NCBI GenBank assembly: GCA_947501605.1
Contig: CANMWZ010000029.1
Coordinates: 1-52,007 of the forward strand
Direction of reading: 5' to 3'
From: Planctomycetota bacterium
GTDB taxonomy: Bacteria; Planctomycetota; UBA1135; UBA2386
Length of the DNA stretch: 52,007 nt
The position numbers and the translations under genes were made by a program. Of the stretch, positions 37,185-46,794 are shown one piece after another. How positions within the stretch are numbered: the stretch's first letter is position 1; each line of letters begins with the position of its first letter. The notes beneath the pieces were generated by a model that was given only the letters and a program-made list of their open reading frames with translations, was not told the DNA's origin and did not search any database.

Positions 37185-38774
37185 TCACGGCAGGAAGTGC
37201 AGTCGCAGAGCGTTCGACAGGCTCACGCCCGCGGGCGCGGCGGCATCCACGACCGCCCATTGCGTGACGAGCTCGAAGGGCAAACCACCGGGATACGCAA
37301 ACTGCACGACGCCGGTGACATCGGCGACGAACGGCCCGATGGGCTCGGCCGCGGACGGCACGAGCGTGCCGCCGAACACGAGTTGAATGCCCTGGCTCAG
37401 CGAGACCCCGAGATAGCACTGCGCGGCGGCCGGCACCGACGACAGCGTGAACGTGCCGCTCTGACCGGTCGCGAGCCCACCACACACGTGGTAGCGCGGG
37501 AACGTGCCGTTGCCGCCGATGCTGGCGAAGCCGAGATCGGTCGCGGCGTCGTTGCAGCCGAGCGCCGCCGGCAAGCGGAAGTCACCGATCACCGGCAGAT
37601 GGTCACTGGCGACGGTGCTGGCAGTGACACCACCACCGGTGAACCCAGCCAACTGCGACGGCATCGCCGCCGCAACCGGAGTGACCGTCGTGGTGTTGAA
37701 CACGAACGAGCGGCGCAAGGACGCGAGGCTGTCCTGCCAGAGGAGATAGTCGGGCTTGTAGTTGGACCCGATGAAAGTCGTGCGATTGCCACTGAACAGG
37801 TCGACCGAGCTGTCAAACGTCATGTCCGTGCGGTTGCGATCGGTGCCGTCGTTGACGGTGCCCGACGCGACAGTCTGGGCGCTCGCCATCCACTGGACCG
37901 GTCCGACTCGTGTGTTGGTCGTCTCGTCTTCGTTGAGGTCGCCGCCGGTGATCACAACGGTGTTGGGATCGAGCACGCGCGCGACCGCGGGACTGTCGGC
38001 GATGCGCGCGCGGGGATCGGGCGTACCGGTGCCGGCGCCGTTCCACATGTGCTCGATGAAGTAGGAGATGTTCTGCGCGGCGGTCATTCGCTGCGCGAGG
38101 TCGGAGGTCGTGCTGCCGGCCTTGAAGTGCGCGTTGCCGATCACGAGGTCGCCCTCATAGGTCGCGTCCGGCAGATCGATCTCGGCCCACATGTAGCCAC
38201 GAATGCCACCGTTGCCGCCCGGCGCCCAGAGGTCGGCGGTGATCGCCGGGATATCGCTCGCGGTGCTCTGCCCATCGCCATTGCGATCGGCGAAGGGATA
38301 CCGGCTGAGGATGATGTTGCGGTTGAAGTTGTCGGTCGAGGTGCTGGCGTAGACGAAGGGCAGGTCATAGCCCGGCGCGAACGCCTGGACGTACTGCGTG
38401 ATGGCCGGTGAACCGCTGCGGAAGGTGTCGATCCCGCCGCGCAAGAACATGCCGACGGTCATGGTCAACTGCGTCTGGGTGTCGACATTGCTGCCGGTTC
38501 CATTGCCGGTGTTGTCGCCGCACTCTTGCAGGATCAACACGTCGGGCTGCAGCGAAGCGACGATGCGCACGGCGGCGGCCCAATTGTTGGTCGCACTGTT
38601 CTTGATGTTGGTGCGACAGATCGCGTCGAGCATGTTCCAGGTCATGACGCGCAGGTCCGCGGGCGCCTGCTTGCCCCACTGGCCGGACGAGGGACTCCAT
38701 TGCGCGGGACAGCTGGTTGCGAGGACAACGGCGGCGAACAAGACGGCGAGGGGGGAGAGTCGTGGTGCGGGCAT
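37185..38774 (-). CDS. Secreted endonuclease/exonuclease/phosphatase (EEP) family protein with shared C-terminal domain
   Basis: LRVMTWN, DVLILQE, GGDLNE, PDYLL, ASDHLPV; C-terminus ...TQWAVVD...LSNALRLHFLP. Confidence 0.87.
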   Translation of the reverse strand: MPAPRLSPLAVLFAAVVLATSCPAQWSPSSGQWGKQAPADLRVMTWNMLDAICRTNIKNSATNNWAAAVRIVASLQPDVLILQECGDNTGNGTGSNVDTQTQLTMTVGMFLRGGIDTFRSGSPAITQYVQAFAPGYDLPFVYASTSTDNFNRNIILSRYPFADRNGDGQSTASDIPAITADLWAPGGNGGIRGYMWAEIDLPDATYEGDLVIGNAHFKAGSTTSDLAQRMTAAQNISYFIEHMWNGAGTGTPDPRARIADSPAVARVLDPNTVVITGGDLNEDETTNTRVGPVQWMASAQTVASGTVNDGTDRNRTDMTFDSSVDLFSGNRTTFIGSNYKPDYLLWQDSLASLRRSFVFNTTTVTPVAAAMPSQLAGFTGGGVTASTVASDHLPVIGDFRLPAALGCNDAATDLGFASIGGNGTFPRYHVCGGLATGQSGTFTLSSVPAAAQCYLGVSLSQGIQLVFGGTLVPSAAEPIGPFVADVTGVVQFAYPGGLPFELVTQWAVVDAAAPAGVSLSNALRLHFLP

Positions 38775-38914
38775 CAGGGATTGTCGCGAGCGGCGCCACA
38801 TGGTAGTTGGCGGGCGCATGCTGCACGACCCACCATTCGGGGCGCGTTCTGGCGCCCGGCCCTGTTTTCTGCCAAGCGTAGAAGTGGGGCACACCTCCGC
38901 GAGGAGCGCCTGAG

Positions 38915-39175
38915 GTGGGGTTCAACTGCCGCGCCGGCTGCGGCGCATGTTGCATCGCACCGTCGATCGCGACGCCGTTCTTCGGGATGCCGAATGGCAA
39001 GAAGGCGGGCGAGCGGTGCGTTCACCTCGACGCTGACAACCGGTGCGTGCTGTTCGGGAAGCCCGAGCGGCCGCGGTTCTGCAGCGAGGTGAGCGCTGAG
39101 CCGATGATGTGCGGCGACAGCGCCGAGGAGGCAATGAGGATCCTTCGGCAGTGGGAATGCGAAACTCTGGCGTGA
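38915..39175 (+). CDS. YkgJ/YeiW-type cysteine-cluster (CxxCxxCC) protein
   Basis: CRAGCGACCIAPSI...GKKAGERCVHL...C..FGKPERPRFC. Confidence 0.88.
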   Translation: MGFNCRAGCGACCIAPSIATPFFGMPNGKKAGERCVHLDADNRCVLFGKPERPRFCSEVSAEPMMCGDSAEEAMRILRQWECETLA

Positions 39176-39182
39176 GGGCGGG

Positions 39183-40547
39183 TCAGCTCGACAGCAACCG
39201 AAGGCACATCTCCTTCACGTCCACCGCCTTCACCCGATCCCGCGCCAGCCGCCGGTCACTGCACAAGAACACCGGCCCCGCGTCGTCATCCCCGTACATC
39301 CGCCCGTGCGTGCCTTTCACGATCGACGAGTCCGTCCCGATGACATCCATCAGATACCGGAACCCCAACATCTTCTTCGCCAGCGTCTTCGCCACGCGCA
39401 GCTTCGGGAACCTCAACCCCGGATCCACGAACAGCTCCGCCGGGTCGTACCCAGGCTTTCTGTGGATATCGACCGTTGGCGCGAAGTCCGGCCGCTTCGA
39501 TTCGTCGAGCCAATAGTGATAGGCAAACCAGCAGCCCTTCTCGGCGACCAAGACCAACTCACCGCTGCGCTCGTGGTCGATGCCGAGTTCTCGCTGCTGA
39601 CTCCGGTCGAGCACGCGCGCCACCCCAGGAACCCTCTCTAGCAGCGAACGCACCGGCAGAAGGTCCTTGCTCTCGCTCACGTAGACGTGCGCACACTGAT
39701 GGTCCGCCACCGCGAACGCCCGACACGCCCCGCAATCGAGCAACTGCCCGTGGCTCGTCTCCTGCACCGCCAGATAGCCCTTCTCGTGCAGGATGCGATT
39801 GATGTGCACCGGCGTGGTCGCGTTCTCGATGCCGTATTCCGATAGCACCACGAGGTGCGCGTTCTTGCTGCGCGCGAGCTCTACCAACCGCGCGCACTGC
39901 GCGTCGAGGTCCTTCACCGCCTGCACGCTGCGCGGGTCGTCCGGCCCGAAGCGCTGGTGGTCGTAATCGAGGTGCGGCAGGTAGACCATCAACAGGTCCG
40001 GGTCGTGCTGCTTCGCCACCGCAACGGCGCTGTCGACGATCCACTTCGTGCTGCGAAGGTCCGCTCCCGGCCCCCAGAACTGGAACAACGGGAACGGCCC
40101 CAGCTCCTGCTGCAGGTCCTTCTGCAGATCCGGCGGCGCGCTGTAGAGGCCCGGGCGCTTCAGCCCGTCAGCGTGGTACTCAGGTCGCGGCGTCAGGCTC
40201 CAGTCGACCCCCTTGCTGTACATGTTCCACCACCAGAACAGCTTCGCCGTGCGCGTCTGGAAGCGCGCCCTCGCCGCCTCGTAGAGCTTCTCGCCGTGCA
40301 CCAGCGCGTTGCTCTGCCGCCACAGCCACACCTGCGCGAGGTCGCGGAAGTACCAGCCGTTGCCGACCGCGCCGTGGTCGCGCGGCAGGAGCCCGGTCAA
40401 GAACGTCGCCTGCACGCTGCACGTCACCGCCGGGAACACCGTGTCGAGCGGGGCCTGGAAGCCGTGCGCACCGAGACCCCGCAGCACCGGCGCATGCGCC
40501 AAGTCCTTGGGCCGCAGGCCGACGGCGATCGCGACGAGCAACTTCAT
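39183..40547 (-). CDS. Alkaline phosphatase superfamily nucleotide pyrophosphatase/phosphodiesterase (EboF-like)
   Basis: FPAVTCSVQ (Thr nucleophile), HGAVGNGWYFR, YLPHLDY, LSEYGI, VDIHRKPGYDP, KGTHG. Confidence 0.88.
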   Translation of the reverse strand: MKLLVAIAVGLRPKDLAHAPVLRGLGAHGFQAPLDTVFPAVTCSVQATFLTGLLPRDHGAVGNGWYFRDLAQVWLWRQSNALVHGEKLYEAARARFQTRTAKLFWWWNMYSKGVDWSLTPRPEYHADGLKRPGLYSAPPDLQKDLQQELGPFPLFQFWGPGADLRSTKWIVDSAVAVAKQHDPDLLMVYLPHLDYDHQRFGPDDPRSVQAVKDLDAQCARLVELARSKNAHLVVLSEYGIENATTPVHINRILHEKGYLAVQETSHGQLLDCGACRAFAVADHQCAHVYVSESKDLLPVRSLLERVPGVARVLDRSQQRELGIDHERSGELVLVAEKGCWFAYHYWLDESKRPDFAPTVDIHRKPGYDPAELFVDPGLRFPKLRVAKTLAKKMLGFRYLMDVIGTDSSIVKGTHGRMYGDDDAGPVFLCSDRRLARDRVKAVDVKEMCLRLLSS

Positions 40548-40695
40548 GCGGCTAGTCTGCCGCTCGCCGCGTTGCCGTGCCACGACGGCGCACGGAGGAT
40601 GTTCGCCGACCGTGCGGCCGGTGCGCAGTTTCTGGTGCACCCGCCGACGCACACGCTGGCCTCACTCCGCACCGCGCCGTAGTGTCGGCTGCACG

Positions 40696-41955
40696 ATGTC
40701 GCCTGAGATGGAGCAAGCCAGCAGACTGCCACCGCCCTGGGATCGGATCTTCTCACTCGGCACCCGCACCTTTGTGTGGGTGTTGCTGCTGGCGCTCCTT
40801 TACGTGCTGCGGCCGTTCTTGCTGCTCGTGTTCTTGACGTTCGTGTTCGCCTACATCCAGGCGCACGGCGTCGACGGCCTGCAGCATCGCATCAAGAACC
40901 GGCCGCTGCGCGTCACGATCGTCGGCCTCGTCTTCCTCGGCACGATCGTCGCGACCGTGCTCGCGCTTGCGCCACAGATCGAAGTGCAGGCCATGGTTCT
41001 GGCCAAGAACTACCGCACCTACATCACCAACGCCGACCGCGAGATCAACGCCAAGCTGCGCGAGTATCCCCAGGTTTGGGACTACCTCTGCAAGCGCGAG
41101 GCCGGTTCAGCCGCCTTGGTCGAGCCCGGCCCCTGGCGCGAGTCGTATTCGTTCCCGGTCGAGATCCTCGGCAAGCAAAAGCCTGCAGCGAGGGACAAGG
41201 CCACGTTTGGCGAACTACCGCCTACCCTGGCCGATGACCAGCCGCACCTGGTTCGCGACATGGTCGACTCGCTGCTCGGCCTCAGTGGAGCCGAAGAGTC
41301 GCACGCGCCCGGCGACTCGCTGCGCCGCGTGTTCCACGTCGGCTCGTCGGTGTTCGGCTACATCAGCTCGTTCTTGCTGTCCGTGCTGTTCTCGTTCTTG
41401 ATCGTGCTCGATCTGCCGTTCTTGAGCCGAAGCCTCGGCGGCCTTGCGCGCACCAAGATCGGGTTCATCTACGACGAAGTCGCCGGCACGATCGCGACCT
41501 TTGCCAAGGTGCTCGGCCGCGCGCTCGAGGCGCAGTTGTTCATCGCCGTCGCCAACACGATCCTGACGTCGATCGGTGTGTGGGTCCTCGGCATAGGGAA
41601 CATCCCCGTGCTTGCCGCGATCGTGTTCGTCTTCAGCTTCATTCCGGTCGCCGGCGTGTTTGCCAGTTCGGCGCCGATCTGCCTGCTCGCGCTGCAAGAC
41701 CCGACCGGAGGCTTCAGCTTGATGCTGGCATCGATCGCGATGGTGCTCATCGTGCACGGCGTCGAGACCTACATCCTGAACCCGCGCATCTACGGCCACC
41801 ACATGCGCATGAACCCGGTGCTCGTGCTGATCGTGCTGACCGTGTTCGGCAAGCTCTTCGGCGTCTGGGGCTTCTTGCTCGGCATCCCGCTGGTCAACTA
41901 CATCTTCCGCCACGCGATCCGCCATCCGCAGGATCAGCCGAACGACGGGTTGTAG
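40696..41955 (+). CDS. AI-2E family transporter
   Basis: Multi-TM; AQLFIA, FSFIPVAG, ETYILNPRIYG, MNPVLVL, GVWGFLLGIP. Confidence 0.9.
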   Translation: MSPEMEQASRLPPPWDRIFSLGTRTFVWVLLLALLYVLRPFLLLVFLTFVFAYIQAHGVDGLQHRIKNRPLRVTIVGLVFLGTIVATVLALAPQIEVQAMVLAKNYRTYITNADREINAKLREYPQVWDYLCKREAGSAALVEPGPWRESYSFPVEILGKQKPAARDKATFGELPPTLADDQPHLVRDMVDSLLGLSGAEESHAPGDSLRRVFHVGSSVFGYISSFLLSVLFSFLIVLDLPFLSRSLGGLARTKIGFIYDEVAGTIATFAKVLGRALEAQLFIAVANTILTSIGVWVLGIGNIPVLAAIVFVFSFIPVAGVFASSAPICLLALQDPTGGFSLMLASIAMVLIVHGVETYILNPRIYGHHMRMNPVLVLIVLTVFGKLFGVWGFLLGIPLVNYIFRHAIRHPQDQPNDGL

Positions 41956-42087
41956 GCGTGCAATCGAAACGGACTTGAGGGCGAGGAGCGGGCTCGCAGT
42001 GGAGTCCCTCGCTTCCGCACTGAGTTCGCTACGCAGTCAACCGCCGACGAGCCAACCGCGACCGCCGGCGAGCTTCGCAAACCACGG

Positions 42088-44043
42088 CTACTGCACGACG
42101 GTCGAGACTGCGTTGCCGAGGCCAACGCCTTCGATCGCACCGGCGTCGAGCACGAACGTCTGCGCTACGATCGGCAGGCCGCGAAACACAACCGACGGCG
42201 GGATCGTCAGCGAAAGGTCGGCGCGACCCGCAGCATCCGCGAGGGCGAACGAAGTGAAGTCCGGTACGACATAGAACGTGCCGCCAAACAGCGGGGCAAC
42301 GGTGCCCTGGAAGCCGACAACAAACAGCATCGGCACGCCGGCCGAAGGGGCGCCCGCGGCCTGGAGACGCAGCGATCCCGCGATCGAAGCGCGCCCGGAC
42401 AAGGACAGGCCGTAAGGCCCATAGGTGCCGCTGGTGCCGTTGCCGACGCGCTGCATCGAGCCGGTGGCGAAGCGCGAGCGCTTCAGCATCACCGCATCGG
42501 CAGCAACCCACGCGCCCGCCGAAGCGCCGATGTCGACCGTCGTCGAGCCCTGTTGCAGCCAGTAGCTTCCGATCTCGTTCCACCCACCGCTGGTGGCAGG
42601 TAGTTGGTTCAGCGTGGCGCGTTCGGCACCGGTCGCATTGGTCACGACCACCGGCGTCGTCGCCGAGTAACCGCCAGTCGTCGGCACGTGCACGAACACG
42701 CTCCACAACCCCGTCTCGGCGATGGGCATAGTGAACCGCGCGATGGCACTCGGGCCAGCAGTGGGCGACGCCAACGCCGCGGTGCCGCCGTTGGCACCGT
42801 TGGTGGCAAGCACGCCGAAGCCGGTCAGCGACGTGGTCGGATCGTTGTCCTGGCGGAGAATCGGAATGGGCCGCCACGCGGCTGGCCGCAGCGGCACGGC
42901 GGCGGGCGCCGTGAAGTACTGCGACGTCAGCGACGGCAGGTCGTCGTAGAGGCCCTCGGCGTACCAAAACACGTGCCCCGGCAGGTTGCGCGTGCGATCG
43001 GCCGCAACCATGCCGAGAACGTCGGCGGTCGGCGTGCCGCTGATGGCGCGAATGCCCGGCGCGATCTTGCTGCGCTGCGCTGTTGGTACCGCCGCGAGCT
43101 GCTGGTCGAGGGTCGTGATGTACGACGCAAGCGTCGTGCGATAGACCTGCGGGTAGACGAGGTCGAGCGAGTTACCGGTCACCCACTGCGGCCAGTCCTG
43201 CAAGAAGTTGTCGTAGCTACCGGGCCACACGGTCGGCGCATCGGTAACGCGCACCGTCGAGCGCCGCGCCTTGATCGCGGAGTACAAATCCTGATGGAAG
43301 GCGTTCAGGCGGTCGGCGCGCCACCGCTTCCACTGCGTCTGCGTTGGGCTCGCAGGCGGCAACTGCCCGGTTGCGGCTTGGTAGGCGGCGCTCGTCGTGG
43401 CGTCGTAACCAAAGCTCGTCGATGGATAACGACAGCGGTCGAACTGCAGCCCGTCGACGTCATAGCGGTCGACAATTTCGATCGCGAGGTTGATCAACAA
43501 CTGCCGCACCGCCGGATGTTCGTGAATCGCCCAGGTGAAGAACCCGCCGCCGCCGTCCGACACCTGCGAGTTGCCGGTCTGGTCGCGAGCGATCCAGGAC
43601 GGATTGGCGGTCAGCACGGGCCCCACGCCAGTCGGCCCGCCATACCAGCCGCTCCAACCAAACATGAAGCCGTACTCCATCCAGGCTTCGACCTCGATGC
43701 CGCGCAAGTGCGCTTCGAACAGGAACTCCTTCAGCGGATCGCGGCCGATGTAGTCGGGATCCTGCCGTTGCCCGCAGGCGGCAAACAGCACGTCGCTCGG
43801 ATGAATGGTGAAGCCGCGGCTCCAGACGTTGACGCAGACGAGGTTGCAGTTGGCGGCCGCCAGCTGGTCGAGCGTCGAGATGATCTTTGCCCGGCTCGTG
43901 AGCCCATCACGGGCGACCCAGACGCCGCGCAGTTCGGTCTGCGCCGCGGCCGACACGGCGGTGCTGGTCAGGGCGAGCAGCGCCCAAAGTAGCTGGGCCA
44001 GAAAGGCCTCGGAGAAGGCGCGCCGCACCAGGGTCGTGATCAT
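42088..44043 (-). CDS. Secreted glycoside hydrolase-like 10 (GHL10/DUF187, YddW-like) protein with golvesin-like module and shared C-terminal domain
   Basis: ELRGVWV, EAHLRGIEVEAWMEYG, RYDVDGLQFD, QDWPQW, PQVY; GGWNEIGSY...ADAV module; C-terminus ...AQTFVLD...LGNAVSTVVQ. Confidence 0.87.
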   Translation of the reverse strand: MITTLVRRAFSEAFLAQLLWALLALTSTAVSAAAQTELRGVWVARDGLTSRAKIISTLDQLAAANCNLVCVNVWSRGFTIHPSDVLFAACGQRQDPDYIGRDPLKEFLFEAHLRGIEVEAWMEYGFMFGWSGWYGGPTGVGPVLTANPSWIARDQTGNSQVSDGGGGFFTWAIHEHPAVRQLLINLAIEIVDRYDVDGLQFDRCRYPSTSFGYDATTSAAYQAATGQLPPASPTQTQWKRWRADRLNAFHQDLYSAIKARRSTVRVTDAPTVWPGSYDNFLQDWPQWVTGNSLDLVYPQVYRTTLASYITTLDQQLAAVPTAQRSKIAPGIRAISGTPTADVLGMVAADRTRNLPGHVFWYAEGLYDDLPSLTSQYFTAPAAVPLRPAAWRPIPILRQDNDPTTSLTGFGVLATNGANGGTAALASPTAGPSAIARFTMPIAETGLWSVFVHVPTTGGYSATTPVVVTNATGAERATLNQLPATSGGWNEIGSYWLQQGSTTVDIGASAGAWVAADAVMLKRSRFATGSMQRVGNGTSGTYGPYGLSLSGRASIAGSLRLQAAGAPSAGVPMLFVVGFQGTVAPLFGGTFYVVPDFTSFALADAAGRADLSLTIPPSVVFRGLPIVAQTFVLDAGAIEGVGLGNAVSTVVQ

Positions 44044-44229
44044 CGCCGTGGGATTGTGCCTGCCAAAGCTCGCCCCGCAAGCAGGCCTTCCGGGCAGCCG
44101 CAACGGTCGAGCGCATGCCGCCGTGCCAGGGGGAGGTTGTGCGTCCGCATCGCATGTCTACAACTTGTCCCTCGCCGCCATGGGGCGGCAGCCTCCTGCC
44201 CACCAGAACTCCTGATCCACGAACCACGC

Positions 44230-45618
44230 ATGCTTCGCGCATCCCTCGTCTTCATCACGTTCGCTGCTGCGTCGATCGCGCAGGTCAGCATGACCCACCT
44301 CGGCACAGTCGACGTGGCCAGCGCATCCATCAGCGCCAACCCACAGTTCACTGGCACCAATCCCAGCGCCATGGCATGGAACGGCACCGACATCTGGGTC
44401 GCCGGCTTCAACAATCAGGGTGCTATCGGCACGACTGGCATCGCCAAGTGCGGCACCGCTTTGACGGCCCCGACGTGGGGCACGGCGTTCGGTGTGAGCC
44501 TCGTGACGCCGAGCCTCCGCGGTTACTCGGGTCTCGACGTCGACGGGACCCGGCTCGTCGCGGCCTATGACTTTGGCGCCATCGATCCAAACGGCATCAC
44601 GGCCTGGGACCTCAACGGCACCTTCCTGTGGGCCAAGTCCGCCCGCGGCGGCAGCGGCGTCGGCATCGACCCCGGCTTCGTCACGGTCATCGACCAAGGC
44701 ACCGGTTGGACCACGTTCGGATCCGGCCGCCGCGTCCTGCAAGACAACGGCACCGGCGCCGACATCTACACGACGGCAGACGGCATGATCATCCAGGTGA
44801 CGGGCCAGACCAACACGTTCTGGCGCGACATGACCTTCGATCCGCTGACCGGCGACATCTGGCTGCGCCGCAGCAACGACGTGGTCGCCTGCGATCGCGC
44901 CGGCGGCAATCTGGTCGCCAACGCGCGCATGGTCGTCGACGCGCCGGCCGCAGACTCCGTCAACCAACAGAACCTCGCCTTCTGCCGCACGGGCGCAGAG
45001 AACGTCGTGTTCTGGAACCTGCGCAGCGGTGCTGCCAACGGCCAGGTCTGGACCAATGTGATCCAGTGCAACCGCGCCAGCGACGGCGCCGCGATGACGA
45101 TCGACTGGCGCGGCTTCACGTCGATCAACGGCAGCGGCGCGTATGACTTCAGCTTCGATGAAACGACCAACACGCTGGCGATCTCGGACTTCAGCAACAA
45201 GGTCGTCCACATCTTCGCAGTGTCGACTTTCAAGAACTACGGCACCGCCTGCATCGGTGCGGGCGGCTTCCCCCTGCTTCTCGGTGGCTCGGGTGACCTG
45301 CGTCCGGCTGGCCAACTGACCTACACGCTGTCGCAAGCGGCGCCGTTCTCACTCGGCGGCTTCGCGTTCGGCGCGACGCAGGACTTCACGCCGCTGCCCT
45401 TCCCGGGTGGCTGCTTTGTCCACGTCGCCCCGCTCCTGTTCACTGAGGGCATCTTCTTCACCGGCGTGCTCGGCAATGGCTCGGGCTTCGGCACTCTGAC
45501 GTTCACGGTACCAGCGGGCCTCAACAACCAGAGCCTGACCGCACAGGGCTTCTGCCTCGAGAACGGCGACCTCGCGCAGATCAGGACGTCGAACGGCGTC
45601 GAAGTCCTGTTCCCGTGA
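44230..45618 (+). CDS. Secreted beta-propeller-like protein with shared C-terminal domain
   Basis: Signal MLRASLVFITFAAASIAQ; repeats AMAWNG, DMTFDP, DFSFDE; C-terminus NYGTACIG...AQGFCLE...TSNGVEVLFP. Confidence 0.75.
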   Translation: MLRASLVFITFAAASIAQVSMTHLGTVDVASASISANPQFTGTNPSAMAWNGTDIWVAGFNNQGAIGTTGIAKCGTALTAPTWGTAFGVSLVTPSLRGYSGLDVDGTRLVAAYDFGAIDPNGITAWDLNGTFLWAKSARGGSGVGIDPGFVTVIDQGTGWTTFGSGRRVLQDNGTGADIYTTADGMIIQVTGQTNTFWRDMTFDPLTGDIWLRRSNDVVACDRAGGNLVANARMVVDAPAADSVNQQNLAFCRTGAENVVFWNLRSGAANGQVWTNVIQCNRASDGAAMTIDWRGFTSINGSGAYDFSFDETTNTLAISDFSNKVVHIFAVSTFKNYGTACIGAGGFPLLLGGSGDLRPAGQLTYTLSQAAPFSLGGFAFGATQDFTPLPFPGGCFVHVAPLLFTEGIFFTGVLGNGSGFGTLTFTVPAGLNNQSLTAQGFCLENGDLAQIRTSNGVEVLFP

Positions 45619-45672
45619 TCGCGGCGAGCGATGCCAGACTGCACGCCCGTTGACCGCTAGCGGTCGACGAGT

Positions 45673-45962
45673 GACGAACGACGAGCCGGGGCATCCCGGC
45701 TCGTATCGTTTTGGCGGCACCGACTCCCAGCGAGTGCTGCCGTGCTGATGGCGATCGCAAGGATCACCACCGGCTGCGGCCTTGCGTCGAGCCGGTCCGT
45801 CGCCGCTCCTGACGCTGGTTCTTGCGTTGCAGGAAACGTCCACGTGGCGCTGCGGGACAGGTCCAGTCGCGACGGCACGGGAGGTCCAGTACGTGCCGAC
45901 CTGCGAGACGTGGTTGCACAACAAACCGGCCGCAGCCGCTGGGGTGTTGAGAAACCACTTCT
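45673..45962. repeat. Intergenic dispersed element copy B (shares ends with 8169-8549)
   Basis: GACGAACGACGAGCCGGGGCATCCCGGCTCGTATCGTTTT at 45673-45712 and GCCGCAGC-N10-TTGAGAAACCACTTCT at 45929-45962. Confidence 0.55.
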
Positions 45963-45989
45963 AGACCCGGCGCACGACTCGTGTCGCGC

Positions 45990-46787
45990 TCAGGCGATCG
46001 TGAACGGATCCACGTCGACGCGAGACACGTGCACGTCGAGCCCGCGGCCAAATGGCTCGGCCAAGCGCTTCTTCAGCAACTTCAGATAGCCCCGCTCCGT
46101 GTTGCTGTGCTCGCCGAGCACGACGCACGTGCCGGCGGCCACCGCCGCGAGCGCGTCATGGTGCGAGAGTTCGCCGGTGAGCCACAGGTCGGCATCGATG
46201 CCTTTGAGGACCGCGCCACCTGAGCCGGCTGCGACGCCGATGCGGCGAACGGTGTGCTTGCCGCCCTTTGCAGTGTGCGCGATCCGCAGCGTCCGAACCG
46301 ACAGCAGTGAGCGAATGCGCGGCAGCAGCGCCGCGACGGTCACAGGCTTGGCCAACTCGACCACGCGCCCAAAGTCGCCGTCGCCGCAGGCCTCGAGCTT
46401 CTTTGGCGCCGCGCCGGCGACCAGCCCTTCGCACAGCCAGTCGGCGATGCCGCCCGGAGCGGCGTCGAGTGCTGTGTGCGGCGAGTAGACCGCGATTCCA
46501 GCGGCAAACGCGGCGAGCGCTGGGCGCTGCACCGGATCGTCGGCGTCGAGCTGCTTCAGCCCGTTCCAGATCGGTGGGTGATAGGCAACGACCAAGTCGG
46601 CGCTCAGCGCCCGCGCTTCTTTGACCACCGCCTCCGTCAAATCGATCGCCAGCAGTACGCGCGCCACCGACTTCGGCGACTTCGGAGCAACGATGAGGCC
46701 GACGTTGTCCCAATCGGCGGCGAGTTCGAGCGGCGCGATCTCGCCGAGCAGGTCGATGACTTCGTCCAGTGTCGGATGCGCGACCAT
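45990..46787 (-). CDS. Nif3-like dinuclear metal center protein
   Basis: LAADWDNVGL, AYHPPI, YSPHTALD, TGELSHH, HSNTERGYL. Confidence 0.92.
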   Translation of the reverse strand: MVAHPTLDEVIDLLGEIAPLELAADWDNVGLIVAPKSPKSVARVLLAIDLTEAVVKEARALSADLVVAYHPPIWNGLKQLDADDPVQRPALAAFAAGIAVYSPHTALDAAPGGIADWLCEGLVAGAAPKKLEACGDGDFGRVVELAKPVTVAALLPRIRSLLSVRTLRIAHTAKGGKHTVRRIGVAAGSGGAVLKGIDADLWLTGELSHHDALAAVAAGTCVVLGEHSNTERGYLKLLKKRLAEPFGRGLDVHVSRVDVDPFTIA

Positions 46788-46794
46788 GCGAGAC

